Of a stretch of 64,000 nt of DNA, positions 1 to 12,900 are shown piece by piece. Both the position numbers and the translations under genes were made by a program. This DNA is from Tubulanus polymorphus (taxonomy: Eukaryota > Animalia > Nemertea), in assembly GCF_964204645.1 (NCBI RefSeq), contig NC_134027.1, positions 8,650,485 to 8,714,484 of the forward strand, in the 5' to 3' direction. Numbering within the stretch: position 1 is the first letter of the stretch; each line of letters opens with the position of its first letter. The notes under the pieces were generated by a model. It searched no databases, was not told the origin of the DNA, and saw only the letters and a program-made list of their open reading frames with translations.

Positions 1-90
1 TTGGTTATTTACGATGAAAACACGCGGAAAGATCGCCATGACAACCAGGCCAAACATAGCGTATAACCGCTAGGTTCCGACGAAACTTAC

Positions 91-137
91 CAATTTTAGT
101 AACGAAAATGAGTTTCTATTTTTTCTATTCACCGAAT
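91..137 (-). CDS. PLEKHG7: Internal coding exon (D)SVNRKNRNSFSLLKL, phase 1 to 0
   Basis: Acceptor ttttctcatttctcttgtcgttcgcag|ATTCG and donor TTG|gtaagt; 47 nt; open in the frame set by the phase-1 donor at 1982. Confidence 0.8.
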
Positions 138-1981
138 CTGCGAACGACAAGAGAAATGAGAAAACATCGTTAATAAACTTAAAAGATAGATTCGTTAGAA
201 AATACCGGTGAAATACCCGAAAGCTCGTCAATTTCATTTTACGATCCCCAGCCCTGTAAAGTCGTGTGTTTGGAGCATATTTTCATACGTGAAAACCAGT
301 GTACAAATATTTGTTTTGTACCGCATGAAGCATCAGGCGAAATGATGCCCCTGAGTCTATAACATGGTTACTGGGGAAATCTATTTCGCTGTCAATAAAG
401 TCGATTGAAAAACCGTATAGTTTTACAGAATGGTTGCATTTGTAGGCTATCATGTCTGAATTTTGGCTTTTTTTGGACATATATCATGACTTTCAACTAA
501 AGGCAACCCTTCTCAAAAATATGGCAGGTAACCCCACGTAATAATATATCAAAACATTCGGTCCGTTCCCAAAGTATGTTCCATTGTTGCTTCCTCTTCC
601 GTGAGATATTATTCTAACATGAAACGATTGCGAGCAAAACCACGAGATAAGGCGATAGCTTAATGAGATACACATTACATAGCTGTTAAACCCAGTTCTA
701 CAGTGGTTATCATTTGACCATAGCGTTTGACAACTGAATTGGTTGCAAATGTATTTATCAATTCTTGACACTTAACTCAAATCTATCTATAAACTGTGGA
801 ACTGTATGAAGAGAGTTAGAAGAAAATATTTGCTCATTATGATTTTAAGTGTAACGAGTAATTGCAGAAGCATTTCTGGGACAATACGTATGAGTTCAGT
901 TTGAGATTTTGTATTTATCTTCAATGCATTAAGTCCCAATGACGCTTCGGTATATTGTAAGCATATATATGTATATTTTTAGGAAAAAGCCTGTTATTCC
1001 GTAATATGTAAATATATACTGAGAAAGGAATCTTGAGAACGAATGCAAAACGAGGAATATACGCTACCATGAGAACTGCGCCTGCCTTTGAACGCTACAA
1101 GACAACATAGGAACGGAGTGATATGGACACTTATGGAATTTAGCGCAGGGAATGGTAAATATGTAAATAAAATGCAAGTTGCTGAAAAGTTGGTTTTTAT
1201 AAAGGGGTAAAATCACGAAAGATGATTTCGTTTCCAATACTCCTGGCTTTCTCGATAGAATTCGCATTATCGTCTTGATTATCGTTGGTGAAAAAGACCA
1301 CGAATTCGTCGAATTGAAAGACAAATTTGCGTCGTATCCATTAGATTGGAAAACGAACTCCCAATAGCGTTGTCAGGATCAAAATCATTCAGCAGGGAAG
1401 CATTAGATATTCCGTTTTAATTTTCTGTCGAGACTTGCACTGGCGTTAATTCCCTTGTGCAAGATGGGGATCAATTTTGAGAATAGGAGTTGTAATTCAA
1501 AATAGAATGGTAATCAACAGCATATTATCGACAATATGCATGTATAACTCTCTAGTGTGATGGACGAAGAAGATACTGTGGCAAAGATTTTTAGAAATTC
1601 GGAATGATATGTAAGTTTTGAAGTTTGTAATAAGTTCAGTGCAATTTTTGTTCAATTTAGTTTTTTTCCACATTTACCACGATTTATATTGTTCAAATTA
1701 ATAGAGTGTAAGTCGTTTTGGTGGATACAACCCAAAGTTCATTGTGATTACTTTAAGCCACAGCTGTAGGACAGGTCCCGTTGGACAATACGCATAGGTC
1801 GGTTTATACATTCAAGATATCAACTTTAACCCTGTGTGAACTCAATTTGACTATGAAATGATTTCAATCCCGGGTTATAGTTCATACCAATCTATAAAAC
1901 CAACCCCTGGTTACTAACGAACTATTGAACATCGCGGTAAAAATGTGAGAATCGAGCAGAGTCGTTTTTTGAAAATCTTAC

Positions 1982-2175
1982 CATCTGCCTTGTCTGAAGT
2001 GAGACTGGCTGTTGACCCATGGCATGGTTTATTGGCGTAGAAGTCAGCGATCGTGTTGCGTTTGATGAGCATCTTTTTGTGGTGGTCGTGCATGAGAAGG
2101 TCTCCGGGGTAGACCTGCATTCCGAGGTCAACGCTACTTCGCCGCCGCTGTAATCTGGCCGATTGGTTCCCATTC
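1982..2175 (-). CDS. PLEKHG7: Coding exon NGNQSARLQRRRSSVDLGMQVYPGDLLMHDHHKKMLIKRNTIADFYANKPCHGSTASLTSDKAD, phase 2 to 1 (may extend to an acceptor at 2213 or an ATG at 2207)
   Basis: Within ORF 1914..2207; acceptor cttgttcaattgcag|G, donor GATG|gtaaga; protein-like sequence with basophilic kinase sites RRRSS and KRNT; PGDLL motif recalled from PLEKHG7. Confidence 0.85.
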
Positions 2176-2480
2176 CTGCAATTGAACAAGTCTCTCCACT
2201 TACTCATAGCGTCCTAAAAACTAACACGTAAACCACGAACGAACGTGCGTCTTTTCGGTAGTGCGCGACTTACGAAATGCGACGATATTTCGTAATCTCG
2301 TTCTCAAGATGGATACGCTACTGTTAATTATCAATCCCAACCGACCGTCCACTTTAACTGTAGATAATTAGTCGGCGTAGCATTGAAACATTGATTTACA
2401 GATTCGGTCTAATTATATAAATGCGAAACTATTGAGTAATTCCTTACGGGTGTCGATAGCGGCAACGATCAATCCCATGT

Positions 2481-2491
2481 CCCGCCCGCCC
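2481..2491 (-). promoter_or_regulatory. GC box (GGGCGGGCGGG) in a CpG-rich stretch upstream of the ATG at 2207; possible internal promoter
   Basis: cccgcccgccc at 2481-2491, about 270 nt upstream of the in-frame ATG (MSKW...). Confidence 0.3.
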
Positions 2492-2577
2492 TGCCCTCTC
2501 TAGAGAGATCATAACGTCACCATTACATCAGCAGGTGCAATTAGACTTTCAAATTCGAATGACGACACTTGTTTATG

Positions 2578-2717
2578 CAGGGGCGGATCTGGAAGGCAGG
2601 GGTCCAGAAAGAAGGCATTTTCTTTCAGCTGTAGCAGCCATGTCATAGACAAAAGGGCTCACTCAATGAGATGGCAGGAGTCTGGACCCCACGAGACCAC
2701 CCCTAAATACGCCCCTG
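2578..2717. mobile_element. MITE with CAGGGGCG termini and 5-bp target site duplication (TSD)
   Basis: TIRs caggggcggatctgg / ctaaatacgcccctg; flanked on both sides by TTATG; inner inverted ggggtccaga/tctggacccc. Confidence 0.75.
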
Positions 2718-5150
2718 TTATGGTAAATATACCTGCCACAAGTAACTCTATTTCATGCCGTGAAACTTGAAATCCGATTCATTAGGAATTTTTATTCCTA
2801 CCAACAAAGCAGTCGACAGATTAGCACAAAGATAATTCATCATGAGAAGTAGACACATAGGACGTGTCGTCTAATTATGACTTTATCCGGAGTAATTTTG
2901 GAATTAATCCCAGAAACTCGAGTTAGAAGTTTCAGTCAGGCAATCTCTTGTTTTTGATTCGAATTCGACAATTAGAAACTCACGCAGAAAATGACGAGTT
3001 AGACGACGAAAAAACTCAGCTGACGTCAAATCATTGCTTTAATGTTCATCGCGTGCTCGACTATATTATCAGCAGGTGAACTCTGCCGCGACACGGTGAT
3101 GCACGAGTATCGAAATCAAATTTCTGAATTTCGAATGTTGTTGGCACTCTACAGACGAGCCGTCCAAGCGGAAATTCGTCTGCCGTTAAGTGAGTTCGAA
3201 ATTCATCGCAGACGGATCGATTTCAAGTCTCCTCGTCGCAAATCGATTATTATTACCTTAATCGTCGACGATATCATCAAAAAACAACGCACTACACACG
3301 CATGAAGATTAACTAAATGCTGATTTGCACGCGCACAAGATCATAATTTCAGAAAAAAATAGAAAATCACAGATATTATACTTTTTAACTTTGAGACGCC
3401 CGTGAGATAAAGTTGATTTGCATTATTCAAAAAGAAGCTGTGAATTACAAGCAGAAATACTTAAGACCCATCTACACGAGGAGAAATTTTCAATCTACAC
3501 GAAAAAATTCCCAGAAAGCCGCCTTTATCGAGCCGTCTTCAAAATATGTCAATCTTAAACCAACCCATTTTTTGTTGTTTTCCTATGCGTTCATAAGTCG
3601 TGGGGGAAATGCGACAAAGATATCAAAGTGTGAAAATTAAATCCATTTAGCGACCTTAAACTTATTACGGTCGATTCGGAATTCGATGTACGCGTTCGGT
3701 TCTAAGCGACGAGATTCGTTTTCTCCAAATGTGGCAGAGGAAATGAGAATGAAATTGACTGTAACGAGCCTTTTCCGAGCAGTTCAGGTAAATGTACACG
3801 ACTACGCGCGATGCCAAACTGAATCGTATAGTGATTATGTGTAAGATTCGAAAGCTAGATTTAACGATCTTTGCATATCGTTACATCATCAGGTAACCAT
3901 CTATTCACTCTCATGACATTAAGTAAAGGATTTTGATTTCTGTGGTAAACGTAAAGAGTGTTGCACTTGTTCGCCAAAAATTGCCAAGAAATCTAACGTG
4001 GTTAGTGATTTTTTTCACATGCGCATCAAGAGAGGAAAGTGGCATCGCAATCTTTTTCATTAACCTTCATCATACATAATGTCAGAGTCGTGATAGATTC
4101 GGCGAAACGCACCACATCATTGACCGCATGTATGATCATGATTTCGAGCGACAGCTAATCTATGGGATTATCGAGCTCCTCCGATCATAGAGGGTGTCAG
4201 GTAACCCCGACGGCGAGCGAATTGGGAGCGTTCTGACGCACAAATGTATCGATCACATTTTTTGGTGTTAATGTTTTCGAGAAGGCGCGCTCACCGACTC
4301 TTAAAGCGCTATTATTTTCCAATTTATGTTCCGCCGTCTTTTTCCGAAATTCGATATGTTTAGACCACGTTATCCCGATGTCTGTCGCAAATGATGACAG
4401 AATATCGAACGATTCGAGAAACATGTGGTACGTCAATGCTGATTTGTGTGTACCGAGGGATATTCGAAGTGGCGAGTCCTTGTAATGTGATTATTCATCT
4501 CGTCCAAGCGCATTGCAGGCCTACGCATAAACTCATCACAGTCCTGGGCAGTAGTTATGCCGCATATAGACAAATACAAGGGTACACGCCGTTTACTTTT
4601 GGCTTAACAAGGAATTACATGCAAATCTACTTAAATGACGGTTCTGTAAACGGCGCGTGGTTTCCCACCCCGAGCTCAGACTCATGAGAGAACCTATGCT
4701 TCGTCTGGGAATTAATTAACTCAGCATCTTCCAGAACGTCATTTGAATTTTAAATGGAGCGTAATAATTATTGGGGAAAGCTCGGTTGCTATTGAATGAC
4801 ATCGTCTTTATATTATTTGCAAAGAAAATAATATCGATGACCGGGAAAAACAACAAGAAAATGCGCATCACAACAAGTTTAAGAGTAATGGAAGGCAACA
4901 GAGATGAGTTCAGTTCGGTATCTGTCGACGCGTTTATTTTAATTGAGTGTCAACGTGAAGTATGTCATTCGAACCTCCAGTTAATAACGTTCGTTTATTG
5001 CCAGATATTCGTAAGGCAAATAACGCTATTACTCGGGTCAAAAGAACATGCCATCATCACGGAGCGATAAACCCGGAGCTAACGCACCGTGAGTTAACTG
5101 TGAAATATAGCGTCTACATGCCGCCGCGCATAAGAACCTTTCAAACTTAC

Positions 5151-5230
5151 CCGTTATCTTCGCCTTCGTCGCACGAGTTGCCAGGAGAAACATCAGGTGA
5201 GTAGCTGGATGGGGATACGTCACCAAAGTT
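5151..5230 (-). CDS. PLEKHG7: Internal coding exon NFGDVSPSSYSPDVSPGNSCDEGEDN(G), phase 0 to 2
   Basis: Acceptor ctcttttgtctttttaag|AAC, donor AACGG|gtaagt; 80 nt; GG plus G joins the phase-2 acceptor at 2175. Confidence 0.8.
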
Positions 5231-6804
5231 CTTAAAAAGACAAAAGAGCGGAATATGAGCTAGAGGCCCATTAAGAATTATATCGGGTTAAAACGTAAAA
5301 TGCCACTTCGTCTTCACCACCGCCGGGTCCGTTATACCATCAACACGCGTGAACTGATGGCACGAAGTCGCCATCAGAGATGAAATTTGAAAAATACATT
5401 TAAGCATTTCGAATTGAAATTCGTCTAAGTTATAGCTATAGAGAATAGATCGACCCATTTCTACAGCGAAAAAAAACATGTTTAGTGGATTTAAATTATC
5501 TCATTTCCAATCATCTGAGTAAAGTTCTAACAGCGTTGCGCACGGCTGGTAAGTTACGAAATAAAAAATGAACTAAAGGACACGACGAAGATTATGTTTG
5601 AGCTACTTTCTTTTTATACATGCATCATGATAATCATTTCTTCTTTTTTTCCGGATAAACATGACGGATATCCCACAATAATTATCACAGACCCTGACAT
5701 TTTCTGTTTCCGTTCGCTGCGTGTTTGATGATTGGCGCCGTTGAGCCTCAAATTATAAGTAGGCGGGAAAACTGTCACTTTACTTATCTGGAATTTTCTT
5801 GGAATAGTAAACCTATTATAATCAAGGTTGCTGAGGAACCTCCTTGATAATTAATACATTAGGCCCTGTTTGTAACAACTGCGCGATGTTTCGACAATAT
5901 CGCCCGATTCGTTTAGAAAATCATAATGAAGTATACGTAATCTCTGTGTGTGCGATTACTTAGGCAAACCTCCCCTTACAATATAGTGAAGCAAAGTGGT
6001 AGATTTGAAATTCAATTCACAGATTTATTTCCGTAAATGAAATTGATCACCGTATGGTTTTACATTAAAATCGTTATTCAGCGTCAGTTAAACTGGTAAG
6101 GCAAGTTTTATGCGAAAGTGTTATGATATTGTCCTATAATTAGTAAGTATCGTTGCCCGTCCGTTTGAATATTAAAGTAAATTTTCATTCCATAACAAGA
6201 TAACAATGGAATTATTATTCTCTTTGATTCCACTGATTCACGTGAAACCTATTGTATATTTATCCAGAAGACCACCGGACAATGCGCTGAAGTAAGCATA
6301 AATCTGTTTATGCTCGCGGGGTTAGGTTAACGAGAAGGTCTCTTACGTAGTTGTGAGGCTTTGGTCACCAATTAACGCAATCCCGATTTATTCAGAGGCA
6401 ATCTATGGAGATTAAAGGCTTACTCTGGTAACGTGTTGCTGTTAGTTTAAAATGATTGATTCATTTTCGTTTCCTTTCGTTTTCGTGTCGTCAGGGTAAG
6501 GGTTGCAGCGCGGGGTTAGACGACGGTCACAATAACGACAACGGCAATTATCTGCTTTCCCCGGCGAATCGTAATTCAAATTCTCCGCGCGCAAACTACT
6601 CGACGGCGCCATTGTTTATGTTCCTCTAGAATTTTTCTTCGGTTTCTGACGTGTAGTTGCGTGACGCGAGGGATGAAAACCAATTCCAAAGATTTCTGCT
6701 TCGACAAGGGATTTTGACAGCGTTAGTTTTTATTCCATAAGTCTATAAATGGCAATTAACGGCGAACTAGATCGAATACATTTTGATACCGCATATATCA
6801 TTCT

Positions 6805-7023
6805 CCCTTGGCAAGGATTCGAACCTGCGCAACTTAGATGATGTATTATTAGCCAATCAGAAATGCTGTTTTATTTTAGCCCGTGTTTTTCAATTTATCG
6901 TTGAAATTTGCCTCACGAGCTATCTGATTGGTGCCGCAGTTTTCGCGCGGCAAACCTGCGCATGTACGTGTGGCCGGGTTTCGGACCGTGGCCGTGTCTA
7001 GCAGGTTCGAATCCTTGTCGGGG
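6805..7023. mobile_element. MITE-like element whose terminal inverted repeats contain a tRNA B-box
   Basis: cccttggcaaggattcgaacctgc at the left and gcaggttcgaatccttgtcgggg at the right; related single ends near 39125-39170 and 43711-43765. Confidence 0.6.
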
Positions 7024-9878
7024 TAGGATGCGCATGTGGCCGTCAACACTGTGAATGCTACTTCAGTAGCCGTTTACGTTTGATAGCCCATATGACGCTC
7101 TGTGACGCGCTATGTGTCGTCGTGTGCAAACAAAAACGAGGTATATTCGTTTATTCAGTCAATCAGACGATCATCATCAAGGTTTAGATGAACTACTGCC
7201 TATCCCCTGCATCTTCCGTGATGCGTCCGCGACTTTTTTTGCTCGCCGGGCTTGAACTAAACGTTAATTGCGTTAACGGAAGCAATCAATTTCCACGTTT
7301 CAGCTCAAGCTCTGCTGGGTGTAACACGCTTCGCATAGCAAACTGCGCAATACTACTACAGGTTAGCGGGATAGATAAGAAACATCAAGCAAGTGTAAAT
7401 TACTATACAGCTTTTTCTGAATAATTCTCTTTTTTAAATCGCGTGCTGAAATCTACGAACAAGGATAATTGCTCGTAGCTGAAATCGACTCTTTTTCTGC
7501 CGGTTTTGTTCCTCGTCACGATGCGAATTATGATTGAGCGTGAAATATCAGGGATACCGACAGGAGCGAGAAAGGATCAAGACATAACAGCGGAAATGGA
7601 AGGGAGATGAATACCGAGAAAGAGTGCTGGAAAATACCCCAAGGAGGAGCGCGCCTTGTAAATCCCCATTAATTTAATTTCTTAATCCAACTCGAAACAT
7701 GCCTTGTCAATTTGTCTAACTGAATAACAAGTAACTGTGCGTAATTGAACTGAATTTGGTTCGGTTTTGCTTCTTGTAGCCTTATTTTGCAAAGCCCTTA
7801 TTGCTATCACCAAGATGCGTAGCTTGCTCTGAAAAACGGTAACAACTGCCTTTTTTTTCTGTTTGAGGGAAGTGAACAAATAGCGGGCCTTGTCTATCAT
7901 GTATAGGACCGGTAAGACTTCAAAAGAAAACACGAAAAAGTATGTAAAATCTTTAAGTGTACTCTGAAAAGCCAATGATTCACAATTTCTTTCCAGTTCC
8001 CCCAGTGGAACTGGTTTTTTTGCTTTCAAATTTTTATACAATTATCTGATCTTATTTCATCATTTATAAGTCTTCCTGTTAATGTCAAAGGCCATCATTT
8101 ATCATTCGGCATTATTATCTCCGATTAGAGCTGCCAGATGATCTCAGATATCTTCTCTTCCTATGAGGCGATAAATAAAAATTTAAAATCAATTTCAAAC
8201 ACGACATCGGGCATTGAATGAGTGCACCTCCGTAAGCACTAACGTTATCGACGTATAGAAGTTTAGATGCAAAAAATAAAAGCGGTGGCGTTGTATATAT
8301 ATGCGATATATATACGTCTTATTTCCGCGTAGTTATTGCTAGGCAGTCGAAGGATTATTCACCGGTAGCAGCGCTAATTAAAACCATGACGTCACATCCG
8401 TTCTACGAGGAACACCCTAATGGCCTCGTGTCGTCTGTCTGCTCGCTTTCCACAGGCGACAATTTACGAACGACCATCAACGGGCAGATAGTTGATACGG
8501 TTTGGGAATAATGACGATGCGCGCATCACGAGAAGGAAACTGTAACCGTTACCTCTCCAGGCTAATCTGGCAATAACATTTAGAGAAATCTACTGGTCTG
8601 TCAAGGCGTGGCCAGTCACCGTTAACGACTTCTACAGCCGCGCAAATCCATGTCGATGCTCTCGTATGGGCGATGCCAGGAACATTAGTGCTAAATGACA
8701 TGAATGTTATAAACGTTTGAAATTTCGAATCACGCATCACCACCCTTTCTAATGTTTACACGAGACACACCCTGTGTCATATGATACTGTATAAATGTAT
8801 ATACGAACAGATGAATTTAAATTCCCAGCATCCAGCAAGAAATACAGGATATGCAAAGCTACTCACATCTGTTGCTTTTTATTCGTTTAACGATTCGCCA
8901 TTAACTGTAAATTTCGCTTTGTTCGGAAAATTACTTATAGAAAATATCTTATATCATTTTCACGTTTCGACGTCATTTTATTCTACAAAGCCCGACAGTC
9001 GCCTGCCAGTTTCACGTTCTGGTGTGGTTGGTTTTTGAAGGAAGAACACACCAAATGATCAAAAGATTAACAGCCAAGCCTGGGATAGGGAATACTAAAG
9101 AACCCCCGTGCACAAAAAACCTACAAAAGCCTCTCACGGTTATCACGAGGGACTCTTGCATTCATGCATTATTCCGGACTTAACCCTAGAGACGGGTCGT
9201 CAGAACAGTTCCATCGGTAATAGGACAAAAAATGGCTCATGGCCTATATGCCTCGATCACACAAGCGCTTTTGGACAACAGTTCACGCGGGTGCCAGATT
9301 TAGCCCGACCAAAACCATCGGACCAGGCCCGAGCCAAATTTCAGCACCATGTCTGTAGGAATCTTTTACAATGCAAACGCACCCATGGACAAAATGTCAA
9401 CTTTCTAACGATGCTGTCAATGACCAGCCTCATGGTCTTCCCTCGCGTATAAAACTGGTATTAACGAGGTATACGCATTAGTATAGTCTTTCTCTACCGA
9501 TGGAATCACTCCATTTGAATTGTGAGCATGTCCCCGCGGAGCCGTTACGATGGCTGTAACAACAGGGGCGAAATCACTTAAGGATCAACATGGCCACAGA
9601 CAGAGGTTCAGAGGCCAGCGCGCACGTACACCAAAGACAATGTCGAATACGAATTTTCATTTATACCGAAAGAAAAAACCACAAAGGCGATACATTTCGG
9701 AATAAATATAGCATAACAATATTCAGATACCTTTTAGTGAGTAACGACCATAAAAGCGATTACTATTTCGAAGTAATCTATAGCAAAGTTATTTCGTTTA
9801 TTGAATAAAAGCGATTCCATATCCGTACGACGACCGATATCAAATTGCGCGAATCAGTTTTCCGACTCGTTCACTTAC

Positions 9879-9914
9879 CTCAAAAATTGCCACGAATTCC
9901 TCCATGTCAACCAT
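9879..9914 (-). CDS. PLEKHG7: Alternative first coding exon MVDMEEFVAIFE (phase 0)
   Basis: atcATGG start, consensus donor GAG|gtaagt; phase matches the acceptor at 5230; TCAGTT Inr-like motif at 9936-9931 and CpG-rich DNA upstream. Confidence 0.65.
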
Positions 9915-12900
9915 GATTAAACGAAACGCCAACTGACGAATCTCTCAGATGACGATTTTGACGAGATGCACACGCGTGCGTCTAAACATAATAATACGTA
10001 AAATTCATTGTCTCCGGTTCACAAGTCTAGTATATATCTATATACACGTATGTAAGGATCGATTTCCGTAGAACTATTTCCGGAATGTTATGATGGCATA
10101 AAAGTGCGACCGAAGAAATATGAATAAACAGTTTTGTCATGCGTGTTTATAATCCGTTAGTTTTACCTGCCGATACGTTTATAAACGCTAGCGCAATATC
10201 GAGAGACGACTGTCAGTTTTTAGCGAAGCGCGCGCGCGTGCAATCGGTGTTTATGCGGCGCATGAGTTAATTACTAACCGGTAGTGATGCGACGCGTGTA
10301 GTGTTGTCTTGTTCCGTTTCCGAAATGCGTGCGTGTCGGGTGGATGGCGGTGATTGTTTTCCCCCGTAAGTTTTTCGACGGCTCGACTGACAGGAGATCT
10401 AACTCTTCGTTCACGCGCGGTGACGGATAGCAAATAGAACGATACGGAGCTCGCTTTGCCGGCTTACGTGATCGTTATGCGGAAAAACGAATCGCCCCTC
10501 ATTCCCGAACTACTAACGCATTCGGTATGCGACACAGACGCCTAATCTGACTTCTTACACAGCCAGTTCGCGTAGCCGTTTATGTCGTATATTAAACGCT
10601 TTGTTCATAGAATCGACATTCACAAATGACCCCCGGGGAACGATTTTATGAACATTGCACACAAATTGGCATCTTTTACATAGTATCGATTTATCGCGAT
10701 TATCGGCCGACTTCGAAGAAACAAGCCACGCAACACGCAATAAACACCGCAGTATTTTCCTGATTATAGGTTGCGGATCTTTCGTGAATCCGTACGTCCG
10801 ATCATAATGTTCAGTCATTCATTCCTTGATTACCAAGAACTTGCACTTATTCATTCTGTATACCGCCGCCATGGCAGCCATTTTGATAGTTGATATCACT
10901 TAAAATGGTAGATGTCTTATCATAATGACAGTCACGAATTGGGTGGGTGTATAACGAAATGTATTTTGAATCAATAATGGTTAATTCAAATTGAACACGC
11001 TTTCTGGATGTCAAATTAAATTGAATATTCAAATATGTGAAGTGAGTTGATACAAATATGTACGTATTTGCTAAAGTTCCAATCTGACCCCCAATGTACG
11101 TAAGATGCAACGAAACAGCTTAAACAGAATATCGTTACGTAACAGCTCCAAAAAGCTGTTATAGATATAATTCCAAATTGCTCTTTTGTAGATTACACTC
11201 ATATTTAAGAAACAGGAAAATGTGCCATCATTCATAGATTTCAGACATTTCAAATATCGATGAATTCGCCTACACACACCTTCGACCTTCGCTGAAATAC
11301 CTATGCAGCTATACCCGAACCTATCATTAACCAAGACGTTCAATTAAACTATTAAGACATAAGCTACGAAGAAGAATCTGAAAGGTCAAACAGAATTTAT
11401 GCAAGCCGCCTTCCGCAGATAAAGCCGTGTTCAGTTTTCAACGATTGATCGTTACAATCCCCGTATAGTCGGGGCCTTTAACGAATGTATAAAACAGGCA
11501 TGAAAGCGATTTGATAATAGAACGGCTGAATGTGGATCTTAAGTCCAGGAATTAGTACACATATAGACATCGATGAGATTGATACACTAGGACGGTCTTG
11601 ATTTTCTGCTCAGCGAGAAGGCATTTGCTTAGAACACAGAAAAAAGTTTACAATATACGTGTAGATTTATAAATATGAGTAGGATTGACAATAATCGATT
11701 ACATATAGACATAGACATGTCCATAAATTACACTATAAATCTAATCAATTTACTTTACCCTTTTGCCTCTGGGCACTACTGATAGAGTGATATTTAAGAC
11801 AAAAGTGGGCTTGCCTTTTTCCAAAAGTAAACCAGATTTATCAGGGTTTTTCTATTATCTTCTGCGATAATCATTAATGCACCCTTCGCATGAAATAGTT
11901 TTCAAAACACGCAAGATGTCAACTACAGCTTGTTAAACTTCCTGCCATGATTCCGAGTTCGCTTTTTGTATACAGTTGTGTATAGGGGATGCGCCGCTTT
12001 TCGGCGAGAAAAACTCACGATATGAAGCGATAGAGCGCGCAAACGTGGACAACCGTGGGTGACAAGCGGAGAGATCAACAGGATAAATCAATCGAATATA
12101 AATGCAATGCAAAGGATGGCTTTATGAGGCCTTTTTCAATAAAAATATGTTTGGGGGGTTTGTGATGCGAAAAGATTCATAAATTTTCTTTTGGTTAGGG
12201 AAGTTAGGGAAAGTTGCTAGTTGTTGCGGTATATGTAATTGCGTTATAACTACTAACGACTTCTAAAATTTTCGAAAAAAGTAAACTCCATTATGGAATG
12301 GTATTCATCGTCGAGTTTCCCTAAGTTATATTCGGTACCGAGTCGTTCATTTTGGGTTGTGTTGATCAACACTCAAGGCCAAATTCGGTTTTCGTATCAA
12401 GTTGACTAGTGGTCGGATTCAATAACCGAATGCGCTCAATTTCCGAACTAATTCCGGAATATAGATCCGATTTACTGACATTCGGTTCCACTTAGTTCGA
12501 CTATTCGACTAACTCAGATAACCGAAGTTGGCCCAAGCTGACGAAGTCGTATATCGTCACATACTTATCGCACTAACCATGATTATTCGCTCCCGGTTTT
12601 ATATCATAGTATTCCGTTCATTCACTAGAGTTCACTTTAACTTTGAGGTATTTATATAAAGTTGATACAACCCGAGGGTCGTCGCTCGATAACTTTACAC
12701 TGCGTTATTGCATTCTGACGAAGTCTCGAAAATTCGTCGATGACGGAATCATGATTAGTCGCTTGTACAATGCGAAGCGTCTACTCAATTTTTATTGTAA
12801 TAAAGAGGATTTTATTTCATTGAAGAGTGACTTCAATCTGTCTTTGATGCTTTGATGGGCGAGCTGCTTCAAACGTTCAGTTGTACAGTTGCTTCTACGA

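Noticed and set aside
8553-8691. Possible minus-strand exon (TNVPG...SLER, donor AG|gtaacg)
   Set aside because: Weak pyrimidine tract; phase 2/2 does not fit the flanking phase-0 junctions.
10468-10818. ATG plus donor candidates MRGDSFFRITI and ORF 10555..10818
   Set aside because: Weak donors and phase 2, incompatible with the next acceptor (5230); more likely leader or promoter DNA of the 9914 exon.
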